From assembly GCA_051362555.1 (NCBI GenBank), contig CM120644.1, positions 22,838,534 through 22,902,533 on the forward strand: a DNA stretch of 64,000 bases. Direction: 5' to 3'. Shown here piece by piece: positions 1 through 12,159 of the stretch. A program made the position numbers and the translations under genes. Position 1 is the first letter of the stretch. The number at the start of each line of letters is the position of its first letter. A model generated the notes under the pieces. The model saw nothing but the letters and a program-made list of their open reading frames with translations, did no database searches and was not told where the DNA came from. The DNA is from Lingula anatina (taxonomy: Eukaryota; Animalia; Brachiopoda).

Positions 1-3000
1 CTATATCATAGTATGGCTGTGGTAGGTACAATATATCACCAAATACAAACGTGATATTGTAGTGGATTTAAAACCGAGCATACATATACATATACATATA
101 CATATAACTAATTTGATCATTTGACTAGCACAGTTTTGAATTCACGTTTTGCAATAATGAAACAATCACTACAGTGTGGACGTTCCCCTAATAAGCTGTG
201 ACTATAATACATGCTATATGCACAAGAGTTGTCAAAAATCTCTCGACTTCTCCAAGCTCTAAGGCTTCGTTCACATGCAATGTCTATTTTCTATTTTCTA
301 TTTTCTATTTTCGGTATGTCTTATGATCACGGTCTGTGCACTGAATATCCCGCGGCGTAATTACTGGCAGCGCGAGCCAGTTACTATAAGTTACTATAAG
401 TAATTACTGGCAGCGCGAGCCAGTTACTATAAGTTACTATAAGTAACTGGCTCGCGCTGCCAGTAATTACGCGGCGGGATATTCAGTGCACAGACCGTGA
501 TCATAAGACATACCGAAAATAGAAAATAGAAAATAGAAAATAGACATTGCATGTGAACGAAGCCTAATTGACAATTTACTGTGATACATGTAATAAAAGT
601 GAGTGACCCGTCAAGTACTCTGAATAAGAAATATAATTATTATCACAAGCATTGCATTATTATTACAAGGCGGATCTTGGATTATTTGAAGAGGGGGGTC
701 CGCTTAATGGCCCCGACACATTTTTGGTATTTACGAATGCGAACAGTGCTATGATTCAGCTAGTGAGCAAAAAGGTTCATTAGCTTGGTTGTTGGATAAA
801 TATGAAAATTCTCAGACACAAGCCTAAAATTTTCCGTACTCACGTCAGTCTGATGAAGGCCTTCGACCAGGTTGGCCGTAAGCTAACGGTACGGAAAATT
901 TTAGGCTTGTGTCTGAGAATTTTCATATTTATGATTCAGCTAGTTGAAATTCTAATTTCAAGAGGGGACCATTGGTGATTTTTCTTCAGAAATCGAAAGG
1001 GGTCAGGGCCTCCAATACCTCTCTCCCCTAAATCTGCCACTGTATTATACCTATCCCTAAGATAAACAACCCGTGTTATTTTGCATTTAGGCAGAGGATA
1101 GACAGTTTCCGTGTGTTCAAGAAGATGGGAATCAACGGTCCTCCGCCAAACCTCATATTCGGAAATTTCAGACAGATAATGGTTTGTTTTCACATTGGAA
1201 AATAACAAAACTGCAAATAAACAGTGTATTTTTAATCAGATAATTGTGAAAAATTACTAGCTCATTCCCGAAATGATGAAATACGCTGCATTTACTATCA
1301 ACGTATAAAGTAATTGCCAGTTGTAATATCATACATGTGGAAGGCTTTTCACAAGTAGTTGCCCTCGTCGTTACTTTATCCCAGTAACACCGTGCATGTA
1401 TTGGGAAACAGCATTCATGTCGATTGTGTCCTCAGGTGACCATGATATTTAAGCTGCAATAACCTTTAATTACAATTATACTTTTAAAAAGGACGTAGGG
1501 ACATTTGTTCACGTTTTGGGTTGCTATATCAATGTCCAATGTTTACGATGTAAAGCCGTTCCAATTTGCATCCAGAGTTTGTAAAAATATATAACTCACT
1601 CTGGATACCAATATTTGAACTACAAAAAATAGTGAAATGCACATTCATTTTGATCTAGTCCCAGCCAGTTTGGATGGCATACAGAAAGTGGGAACAGCTC
1701 TATGGAAAAACGTTTGGGTATGTATGAACGCACTCTTCACATATATACAACATATTCTCAAGTCCTTTTTAGTCTTTATTATCATTTACTATTTTTGTTG
1801 CTTTAAGCAACTCTTCAAAAGATTGGTGCCTAATCGCCACTATTTATTGCGATACATGCCAGATATATAATACCAGTGTTCCAAAGCATATTTTAACAGG
1901 GTCTTGTCTTTATTTTAGGGTCTTCTTCCTCAATTCTCCCAGTATAGTGACCTCAGATGTCGATTTTCTGCAAGAAGTCTTTGTCAAACAGTTCAGTAAT
2001 TTTCACCAAAGAGCAGTGAGTAACAATTATCAATAATACCATAAAGATTTATTGGTGGTATTATCATCAAAATTATTTCCCCCAAACATGCCGCTTACCA
2101 AGAATGAGCATTGTGTTTTCATTTTGATTAGTTGACCAGTGCATTTAAGACCCGATTCCTATGGATACTATCTGTCCATGTCAGACGACCCAACTCTGCA
2201 GGGGCTCTTGCTAAGTACAATCTGCTTAACTGAACGACACACCTTCTCCTGTTTCAAACTTACTCGTTTAAGCACCAACTTAATTTTTTTCTTGTATTCT
2301 TCTTAACGGCTGGAGGAGGCGTGACATTCAGTTGTTGCAGACAGCGAGCGTCCCCACGGAGTTAAGTCGATCGATGGTAGACCTATGGTGACTCTGTGAA
2401 TGAGACCTTAGAAAATGTTTATTGTCGGGCTGGCTAGACGATGTTTTGGGGTGAAATAGCATACTTGGTAGTGTAATTCAAACAAAAAAATGTAAATTGA
2501 ACAAAATATCAGGCCTGCTGCAAAATCGCTGCAAACTGCATTTCATTCTTGCAAATTTGTAACAACTCGCTGCTGCTTAGTTTTCGTTTAATATTGCTGC
2601 AGTTTTGCTAGAATTTTTTCACTTTGCTAATTCTTTTTGGGTGAGCACTATACATGTAACTTCGTTTTCCACTAACAATGACACTGATCAATTTGAATTC
2701 ATTTTTTTAGATTCCTAATTCAATAGACACGGAAGATGAAGAAACACAGATGGTTTTCGCGAAAGGAAAACGATGGAAGCGCTTACGTGTAATAATCAAC
2801 CCGACATTCTCCTCCCTTAAATTGAAACAAGTAAGAAAACATATGATTATGAAAAGTAAAAAGTTCGATTCGAGACTTAACGTGTCGGCATAAGATGCTT
2901 CTGTCGTATACAATGCTGAGTACTCCGACCCCCAAGGTGATAGATTTATTTAATCTCTCTTCGATAAATATGCGGTTGTATAGACTGTGGCATGTGTAGC

Positions 3001-3512
3001 TTCGTTTCATTGCAGATGGCGCCACTGATCCAGGAGTCGGTGAACAGTTTCATAGAGTCCATGGAGAAGCGTTGCCAGGAAGAAAAACCGTTCGATATCC
3101 ACGGGTAAGTACTAACTACTGACAAAGTCACGTAAAGTTTCACAGCTTGAATGGAAATGGATGAATAAAGCCGAACGTTAGATGTCAGCTTCGCGATTTC
3201 AATAAAATCGTACGTTTCTGTACTTTTCCCTATGGTATTTAACCTCGAGCTTCAGTTTTATGAATAATGTTGAGTGTAACAAGGCATAAGAGCTGGTGAC
3301 GTTTGTGTGACAGACAGTGGGATAGACAGAGGGGCTTTAGACGTTACGACTGCATATGTATTCAAAAAGGATGAGGTTCGGGGGAGATTTAATCCTCCTG
3401 CACATTAAAAGTACCAGACATACATTCTTTATATAGTTATTTTCATCCTCTTACGGTACAAATGCATATACACAGATTCCGTAGCCGCCATTATCATGTT
3501 TTTGTAACGATC

Positions 3513-3543
<31 letters not shown>

Positions 3544-6500
3544 GTAACTGGAGTTTGATAAAGCTGGCTGTGATTTCGGGTTATTCAATACGCTATATTT
3601 TGTGGTATATGATTTCAGTGAATTCCAAGGCCTCACCCTGGAAGTCATTGGCTCATGTGGCTTTGGTCTCGGGATTAACTCAGTGCGAGATAACACGTCA
3701 CCATTTTTGGCAGCATGTCGTAAAGTGTTCAGCACGTCACTGATGATGAAGTGGCCAATGTTAATTTCCGGTATGTTCACGTCATAACAATGTTAATTTT
3801 AGAAAGAAAAGGCCAGTTTTAGAGAAAGTCTTAAGTACTGAGACTTAAAATATAGCTGCAAGAATGTTTTCAGTTTATTGTTTATTTAAACTATGTGCAA
3901 TATTCATCTTCTTACAGTGTACTATGAATTATTCTAGACCCAAATTATAAACACATCTAAAGTCACTTGTATATCATTTTTGTGAAGTGCAAGTTTGGGT
4001 TGGCAGGTTTGAGATAACCACATATGTAATTTTTTGCTGATATTTACCAACATTGTAGAAAATGTATAACAATGAATACTGGTGTTCAAACAAATAAACG
4101 CATTGAACGCTACTTATAAAGCTAAGGATCAAACTATCATTAAAGCAAATAATATTTTTATACGATCTGTACCTTATATATGTCTCTGTTTGCAGATCTT
4201 TTTCCATCGTTGACCGGTCTAGCCAAGGTGTGGAACAAATATCTGATGAGAAAGACGAGACATGACATAAATGTACTTGCCAGGGCTGCCGTACAGTCCA
4301 GATTAAATGATCCAAAGGTAAACTATAAAAAATGCAAAACTCCAAAGCTTCCGGCTTTTTTCTTTCTCTTTTTGGGCGTTTTTATCCAATATATTTATTT
4401 GATGACAATTACAATTGTTATAGTTATAATGTCAATAATTTGATTAAGGTGAATAATTGAAATGAGATGAGATGAGATCACATATATCAAATACAGTTAA
4501 AACAACGTGAATAAATACCCTTCAACAAAGCATTTCAGTGACCAATAAACTAACTGAAACTGGTTGACAATCATGTAGTAAACTTTCAGTCTCGACGCGT
4601 GGATCTTCTACAGCTAATGTTGGACGCAAAAACTGACAATCTGGACTCGACTGTACCCCAAGCGATGACGGACAGTGACGTAATAACAACACAAGAGGGA
4701 GGCGAAACGGGTCAGCAGAACGACTCTTCGTCATCTCAAAGAAGAATTACACAAAAGGCCAAACTCACAGAAAAGGTAAAATTTAATCTTGTGTGTTTGT
4801 GGGTGTGTTTGTGTGCCAAAAAATTCCACGTTTCACGGCTATATGCAAACACGTTAATTAATGCCAACACAAGCAGCACCATTATTTCACTAAAAGATGA
4901 CTGAGCAATCATGGGTAGCTATGGTATTTTTATCTTTAGGAGATCCAAACGCAGTGCTCGTCGTTTCTGTTGGCTGGATATGAAACCACCAGCACCGCCC
5001 TGGCCTACGCCGCCTACCACCTAGCAACGAGTCCGGAGGCACAGAAAGCTCTCCAGGAGGAGGTAGACCAATACTGCAATGATGAGGTAGGACTGCAAAC
5101 ATATCTCTCTTGAATGGAAGCGACTATATATTGAAACAGCGGTGTATGAATATACACGCAGTTGGATTTGGAGTAATATAGTTAGATTTAGATGTAGCTT
5201 CTGTACACACCTTTTTAATAAAAACGGTGGACGTGTACTATTATGTGCTGTAAAGTGCTGCAAATGTTCATAACTGATGCAGAGTGACATTTTTTTTTAG
5301 AAGATGAGCCGACCATTACCTATACATGAAGTATTGATCGTAAATGCGCATACATTGTGTTGATGTCGTGATTTTTAAGGCGGAAATAGGAGAATTTGAT
5401 TTCAATTTCCGTATGGAAAGAATTATCTTTGTCATGTTGATTCATTATGGTTGTTAATTGGTCTTTTTTTCAAAACTCTTTTAGGGTCCTCCATCGTATG
5501 AGACCATAAGTAAGATGCAGTATTTGGACATGTTCCTCAGGGAAACGCTACGACTACACCCTGTCGCTTCAGTGTAAGTGGACTCAAAAATACAAATTTA
5601 ATTAACATTTATATTCTTATATAAAAGGTTAGTATAAGCAGCTACATACTTTATTTTTCGCTAAGGAAATAACAATTAATGAATTATTGGAAGCACCTGC
5701 TTTGTTCTACCCTTTCCCTACATACCCTTTCTTTGGAAACGGATTCTAAAAAATGAGGTTAGTCATTTTTCAGGGAAATAGGTTTTTCATTGGCTTTTGT
5801 GTAATGATTAAATATTGAATCGTTTATGAGGAAGTCTTGTAATCAGGGTCTTTTAAGGAAAAGTCTTATAGATAGAAAGCACGATTTGGGTAGAATAAGC
5901 CTCTTTAGAAACGATTACTTTTCATCATGGACTCCTTTGTCAAACTACTTCTATAAACCAGCATGTTTTCACTAGTGGACCAGAGAGAACAGCCCAGGAA
6001 TCATGCACAGTGATGGGTGTTCACATTCCCAAAGGCATGAGTGTCCGCTGTAACATATACAGTATCCACATGGATCCCGATCACTGGGGACCCCCAGATC
6101 CCAGCCTCTTCTGTCCTGAACGGTAAGGTGCTGCCGTCTATCGATTTTTATATGATATTGCTATATATCAAGTTTAAAACGAGTTGTTGTAAACTGAGAT
6201 AAACTATGGAACTATTATTAAATCTAAATCTTTGTGCTTACATTTGAAATGTTTGAGTCTTAACTTTTCAGTTTTTTTCTCTCTAAAGCCCTTTCAATCT
6301 TGTTTATTATCCTATTACCTTATATTTGATTATAAAAATAAATAAATAACTTTTCGGAGGATGCTTTTAGTTATTAGAAAAGTCGTTTTTATTTTAATAA
6401 TAAATGTAAAAGCTTTGTAATTGTAAAGTCATCCAATTGCCATCCAAGCGTATTCATGCTCAGCTATAGTCGTTGTTGAACACGGTTCACGTGACGTGAC

Positions 6501-6802
6501 GTGTAACTCTACATCATCTTTGTGCTGTTCTTGTATCCAGGTTCACGGCAGAGAGGATCGCTAAGCGTCACCCTTTGGCCTGGCTTCCATTTGGGGCAGG
6601 CCCCAGAAACTGCATTGGTATGAGGTTCGCCCTGATGCAGGCCAAGATGACCTTGGCGTGTCTCGTGAAGAAGTTCAGCGTTGAGAGCTGTTCAGAGACG
6701 CAGATTCCGTTGGTTCACGTGGCCAGGAGCACAGTGCAGCCGGAGAAAGGTGTCACCGTGCGTCTTACAAGGCTGCATGTGGTGGCCAATAAGACCGAAT
6801 AA
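1..6802 (+). CDS. Cytochrome P450, clan 3 (CYP3A/CYP5-like), 13 exons, 5' end outside window
   Basis: Exons <1-21, 1091-1181, 1659-1717, 1919-2015, 2711-2830, 3016-3104, 3619-3770, 4196-4317, 4590-4775, 4940-5086, 5485-5573, 5976-6122, 6541-6802. All introns are GT-AG with compatible phases (527 codons in window incl. stop). Motifs: FKKMGINGPPPNLIFGN, WKRLR (C helix), AGYETTST (I helix), ETLR (K helix), PERF, PFGAGPRNCIG heme ligand. Exon 1 (YIIVWLW) is inferred from the phase-2 donor at 22. Confidence 0.93.
263..564. mobile_element. Foldback MITE, PIF/Harbinger-like, in CYP intron 1
   Basis: Near-perfect inverted arms of more than 110 bp starting ggcttcgttcacatgc and ending gcatgtgaacgaagcc. 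TAA flanks both ends (260-262, 565-567). There is an internal ~43-bp tandem duplication. Confidence 0.85.
666..1042. mobile_element. hAT-like MITE (ggcggatc...atccgccactg family) carrying a nested insertion
   Basis: Aligns by eye to the copy at 36667-36946. Imperfect 8-bp flanks tattatta/tattatac. Interrupted at 765-929. Confidence 0.65.
796..932 (+). ncRNA. Type I hammerhead-ribozyme-like motif (Penelope-type) inside a 44-bp hairpin; GAAA mutated to GUAA
   Basis: CTGATGA (850-856), extra A, stem II ggcc/ggcc, GTAA (878-881), palindromic AGCT stem III, then A. Perfect arms at 796-839 and 889-932 form stem I. The insertion is flanked by the 15-bp duplication tatgattcagctagt (750-764, 930-944). 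Confidence 0.6.
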
Positions 6803-7068
6803 TAGACATTAACTGAACGTATTCACAAAGTTACATAGCACGTGTCATAATTGTCAATATCTGTCAGCAAGACTTAGCTTACATACTTTTTCAATTTAAT
6901 CAACATACTTTTTATAGAGATATTATTTCACAATGCGTTTTAAAACAATGTGCAGCGTAACTCCAGCTATCCAGTATGAGATGTCTGTACACATACCAAT
7001 ATACAGTGATGAATATAACAAATATGTTTTCATTTTTCATATAAAAGTTTATTTGTTGTATTTTATGT

Positions 7069-7128
<60 letters not shown>

Positions 7129-7142
7129 TTATATTTTATGTA

Positions 7143-7388
7143 ATGTATAGAGATAATAATCTGGATCTTAACGTATCAGACATTTATACTGACATGAACA
7201 TCAAGAGGTTTGAGAGAAATATCGCAACTCGGTTTAGGTTGTCATCTCACGAATTGTCAGTAAAGAAGGGCCTCCCCTCCTGCACCCCTATAGAGGATCG
7301 AAAGTGTATCTGTGGTACCGGTGAAATCCAAACATTTTGTGTTTTTATTGTATGGCAATCTGTATACGCAAGGAATATCCTGCGTTAG
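7143..7388 (+). mobile_element. LINE (CR1/L2-group) ORF2 C-terminal remnant
   Basis: TRFRLSSHELSVKKG...PIEDRKCICGTGEIQT resembles the C-terminal TRFRLSSH..L.IE.GR / CxC-E.QTE.H motif of L2/Crack/Daphne-type ORF2. Confidence 0.6.
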
Positions 7389-9235
7389 ATTTTAGAGAGG
7401 CGGAACTATACGCACGATGTGTGTCATTGTAAATATGCTGTAAACTGTTTGTTTACCTAGGTTGTAGCTAGCTTCGTCGGGTAGGTGATCAGTTGAAGTT
7501 CCGTTTTGGGGAATATCGCCATGTTCAAAACAAGACCCTGCTATTTTTGCATCCAAAGAAAGCTGGAAAAGCAAAGTAAATGATTTCTGCAGAGTCATTC
7601 GAAGAGTTTAGATTTCATTCGAAAATATTGGATCATTGAACAACGGCAGCACTGATATAGATCAAGGCAGTATTGTTCATCATTTTGATTTTGAATTACA
7701 CTCATACGCGTTTGACAGCGGTTATGGTGGGTACATTGTTAACTCGTCCGTATTAGACTCGGACAGCGATACTAACGTCCTTATTCCAAGTATCGATATT
7801 TTTCAAGGTAGTTAAGTTTTTCCTGATTCAAGCAGAGAGTTCGATTTCAAGAGTCAGAAAGAAATTGGAAGAGGTTTGCCCTGCATTTTTGGAATCGAGG
7901 GTACATAACATGTCACATTCAACTGGGGGTTGCAAAACAATTCCCTCATTTGAAGTAGACAGCTTCATTGCGAGGAACATAACTAGGTCAAGGTCACACC
8001 CCGTTTTGTTATTTCCGAGCGTGTATGCGGTTTCGAGGGCACATTGCGCGTCACATTTGGTTGACGATGGCAAAATGATTGTGCCTCTGACAGACAATAT
8101 TCTCAATGCGAGGAAATACAATGAGCTTCATCCGTTTGTATGAGATTCGAGTGTGTGTGAGGCTTCGGGAACATTGCGCGTCACATTTAGATGTCGGTCA
8201 CTCTAGATCTCTGAATATCATGTATATTCATTATCAAATATATTTTATAGGGCGTTGATTTGTACAAGTTAGCACATTTCCGTCCCGTCACGAATCTTCA
8301 ACAGTGAAGTGAGATATCTCAGTTGTTGGCATATCTCTAAACATTCTGCAACCTGTACAATTCTTAAGGTCAATAGATGTATAAAATGTAAACAAAAGTG
8401 AATTTACTCAACGAATTTATGACGTATCAAAAGATGAATAATGTTTACATTTGCTTAAAGTATCAAGTATCAGAAAATAATTAGACATACAGTAGAAATA
8501 ATAATTATGTTTCCGTTGTACGACGTTTTAAAAGCGTCAGAATGTTTTAATCCCTATCCTGTGAATAGAAGGGGGCGGACAAACAATGGAAAGCCGTCTA
8601 ATCCCTTCAAAATTCGAACGCAAAAACACAATAGTTTAGGCGTAATAACACACAATACCTTAGGCGAGTGAACCCCATGACGCCTGTTTCTGTGGTCCAG
8701 CGCGAGCGCGACAATCCGCTGTGACTAGGTGTAATTAACAGCAGGATACATCAGCCAGAAGGTGCCCATTGTTTGTTGCGGCGATAGGATTATAGCTTTA
8801 AGATGCTAGAACCCATGCTAACGCGTGCCACTCCCGTGGCCACCTATCCTTATGTTCACTAGCTTGGCACGCGCAGCTGATCATGTTTTAAGTGTTGCAA
8901 GATAACTGCTAGTTTAATTTAGTATCAATTATTTAATTCAATATGAAGTGTTCTGTGGTCAAAAATTGAATTTGATAAACATGCATCAGCATCGTACATC
9001 AGCATGATCAACAAATCACCCCGTCTCAAAAAGTTTAAAGATGCTCCGTACACAAATTTTCATCATCGCGACCTGTGTAAAAATAGATTACTGTTTAGAA
9101 ATAACAAAGAAAAACATTATTAAAACAATTTATTCACATTACAAGCTGACGCGTTGCCTCAATTACTACATTAAGTTACATTTTATATAAAATAATAGAG
9201 CGAACCCGTAAAAGGATAATAATAGAAAATCTTAA

Positions 9236-9266
<31 letters not shown>

Positions 9267-9283
9267 AAAAAATAAATAAATAA

Positions 9284-9451
9284 ACAGGCCCGCAGCCAGA
9301 GGGAGTTCAAGAGGTTCGAAAGAACCCCCTTTTGCTGAAAAAAGGTCTACTCTGGGTAAAATTTGACATAAGTGCATGGGGATTTTTCGGTAAAAGGTCC
9401 ACTTTTTCAGAAAAAGACCCCCCCCCCTTGAAATTGCTGGCTACGGGCTTG
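9284..9451. mobile_element. hAT-like MITE inserted in an (AAAT)n tract
   Basis: Termini caggcccgcagccag / ctggctacgggcttg, embedded in AAAT repeats. Confidence 0.55.
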
Positions 9452-12159
9452 ATAAATAAATAAATAAATTATTTAAAGAATTAAGTAAATAATTAGATGA
9501 CATTAAGAATCAAATAAAAAAGATAAAAATTAGATGGTATAAATCATTAAAAAAAAAGGTAAATTATTTCAAATAATTTAATAAATATATTATGATTTAA
9601 TAATTAAATGAATAAATCGCTGTGAAGAAATAATCATTGTCGCAACTAACGCGGTGAGTGTCTAACCATTATCAAAGGCCACAGATAGATTTTCACTAGT
9701 TACCAGTATAGACAGATGTGTATCTGGTTATTTGATGGGACCTTTTGGCACGCGCGTTAGGGGAACGAGCACATTAACTAACTTCTTTTAAGATTAAAGT
9801 GAGTGTCCTATCATTTGAAAGCCAACAAAATATTTCATTCCACATTAGAGAAATTAGCCTCATAATTACATTTGTAATTTTGTAACTGGGTTTATGTAAC
9901 TCTTCGCTGTTCAGTAACAGTTATAAAGGAAAGTTAGATTTTGCTTGTATGAAACACACTTTTTATTTTGATAAAAATCGACTGCGCATGCAGCATATTG
10001 ATATAAGGCTTTCGATGATGATTGTGCATGAAACGTCAAGTCATTTTTCCTTTTCATAATAGTGCTGGGCACCCAGGTGTTGAATCTTTTACTCGACGTG
10101 CATCTCCTAATATTGTATAGGCATGATTTCAGGTTGTTCGGCAGCGATGACGATTGCGTTCAAAATGGGTTGTTTGCAGCATAACGCCCTTATGCTTTGT
10201 GATATATGTGAATAAACCTAGCTTACTAAATAACTATTACCAAAGTGAAGCATGGCTTTAGGTTTAACAGTCCAAGATTTATTCAGTATGGGCAGTTAAC
10301 TTGGACCAGTCTTGTTTCATTAACTTTGCGAATGGAAGTCTCCGTCGTCAACGTAAATTCCCAATATGATTTTACATCACTTATCTGCTTTAACAATCTT
10401 ATTGTTTAGGTGTTGTTTAAGGTTGTATGAGAAAAGATGATGATCGCGTTTAACAATAGATTGAGGGCTACAGTAAGTCCCTCCTCTTTGGGCGATGTCG
10501 AAGACTGTTAATTCAATGTACTTTCATAAACATGTAGTGTGACCACACTGTCAGCCATCCCCCTTGTTGCACGTTGCAAGCGATTTGTCTCATAACTATG
10601 ACAAGGCGTTCTTTTTTCTCGTTGTTGTTTAAAAACGGACCACTTTGTCAAGGCTAATTGCTTAGCTCTTTGCGCGTCATATGTACTTAGCTCTTTGCGC
10701 GTCATATGTAAACGCTAAGATATGAATGTTATACCGGGTAGTTGATTGTTTTGCCCGGGCGCCGCACTTATGCTTTCTTACTAGAGCGATCTAGAACAAC
10801 TAAGTCGCTAGTTTTCCCTGTTTGTAACTGTAGCAAAATATGTTCGACATGCCGTTTCTGCACGACAGCCGGAGACACAGTAATTGTATAAGGCATGGTT
10901 TAAGCTTGTTCGAGAGATAATAACAGTCGCGTTTAACAAAAGATAGTACGACCCCCTCCTCTTTAACTGATGTCTTACACTGTTAATATTGACCGCACTT
11001 TCATATATTATGTAATACACTGTCAGACTTTCCCCTGTTGCACGTTGGCGTTGGATTGTACTTGTGCCTCTGTCAATGCACCTCATTTAGTTTAAATATT
11101 TTTACCGCACAACCTTTGTGGTTTAGAGTTATTAGTTTAGTAGTAGGAATAGGATGCTTGGACAAAAAGCTTCTAGTCAACCCGCTTAGACCTAGGGTGT
11201 GATGCTGTTATCATCCGAGAAAACACCTACACTGAATCCTCTACCTGAAGTCCCTAGCTGAAACAAAAAATGCCCCTTGAACCGGTCCATTTTTAAAGCG
11301 TCGAATCATTTTTGATATCATTGAGCGTCTTTAAACGAAAGCTTTTAAGTGACAAAAACAGACCCGTGTGGTGATTATTTATTAAAGCGTAGGTTTATTC
11401 GTCATGATCTATTTTGTAAACAATACTTGCCTAGATTTTACTTGGATTGATCATCATCACTGTTTCGCTACTCGCCTATAATGCGTGCTGAACGACAGAC
11501 AACTTATAAATATTATCTGTGTTACTGTGTATATGACCACGTTAAGTTAAAATAGAACGGTGTCGGTGATTTAATCCATCCAACATATTTAAATTTCTCC
11601 TTTTAAAACCAGTGTTAGGTTAACATCAAGTCAAAGCAAGCCTTGCAGATTGATTTTGTTTAAATTTTCGTAAATTAAGTAAAGCTAAGTAAAGCCTGTT
11701 TCCAGTTCATCCACGCTATAAAACTGCATAAAGGATAACAAGTCTCTGTAGCCAATTAACTTTCACAATGTCCTGTGCTTTAGAGTCCCATGTTATACAA
11801 TAAAATGAGTATGGCCTGAGAGAAATATAAATATGAGGCCGTGTATGAAGATGTTTCAAATAATAAAAATCAAGAATTTAAACATGTTCGGTACATACAC
11901 ATCACTTAATAAGTCATTTCACAAAAATGGCATCTAATTTTTCAGATAAACCTCCACTTTTATCGATCTCAACGCCTTGTCTGATGTTTACATGTAGGCG
12001 GTATACTCCAATATTAATTGCGAACAATATCAACAGCGACTCGAGATCGTTGCCTGTCTTTCACACTTTTACACAAACTCATGAAGAGTTAATAAAAGGA
12101 TTCGCGTTGCGACATCTATCTCTTTCTTTCGGACAAGCAAATTAAGGGCTGACCCGATG

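Noticed and set aside
7400-8350. Minus-strand coding-like stretch with a duplicated acattgcgcgtcacattt
   Set aside because: All frames I tried are interrupted by stops and no family is recognisable. It is probably a decayed element.
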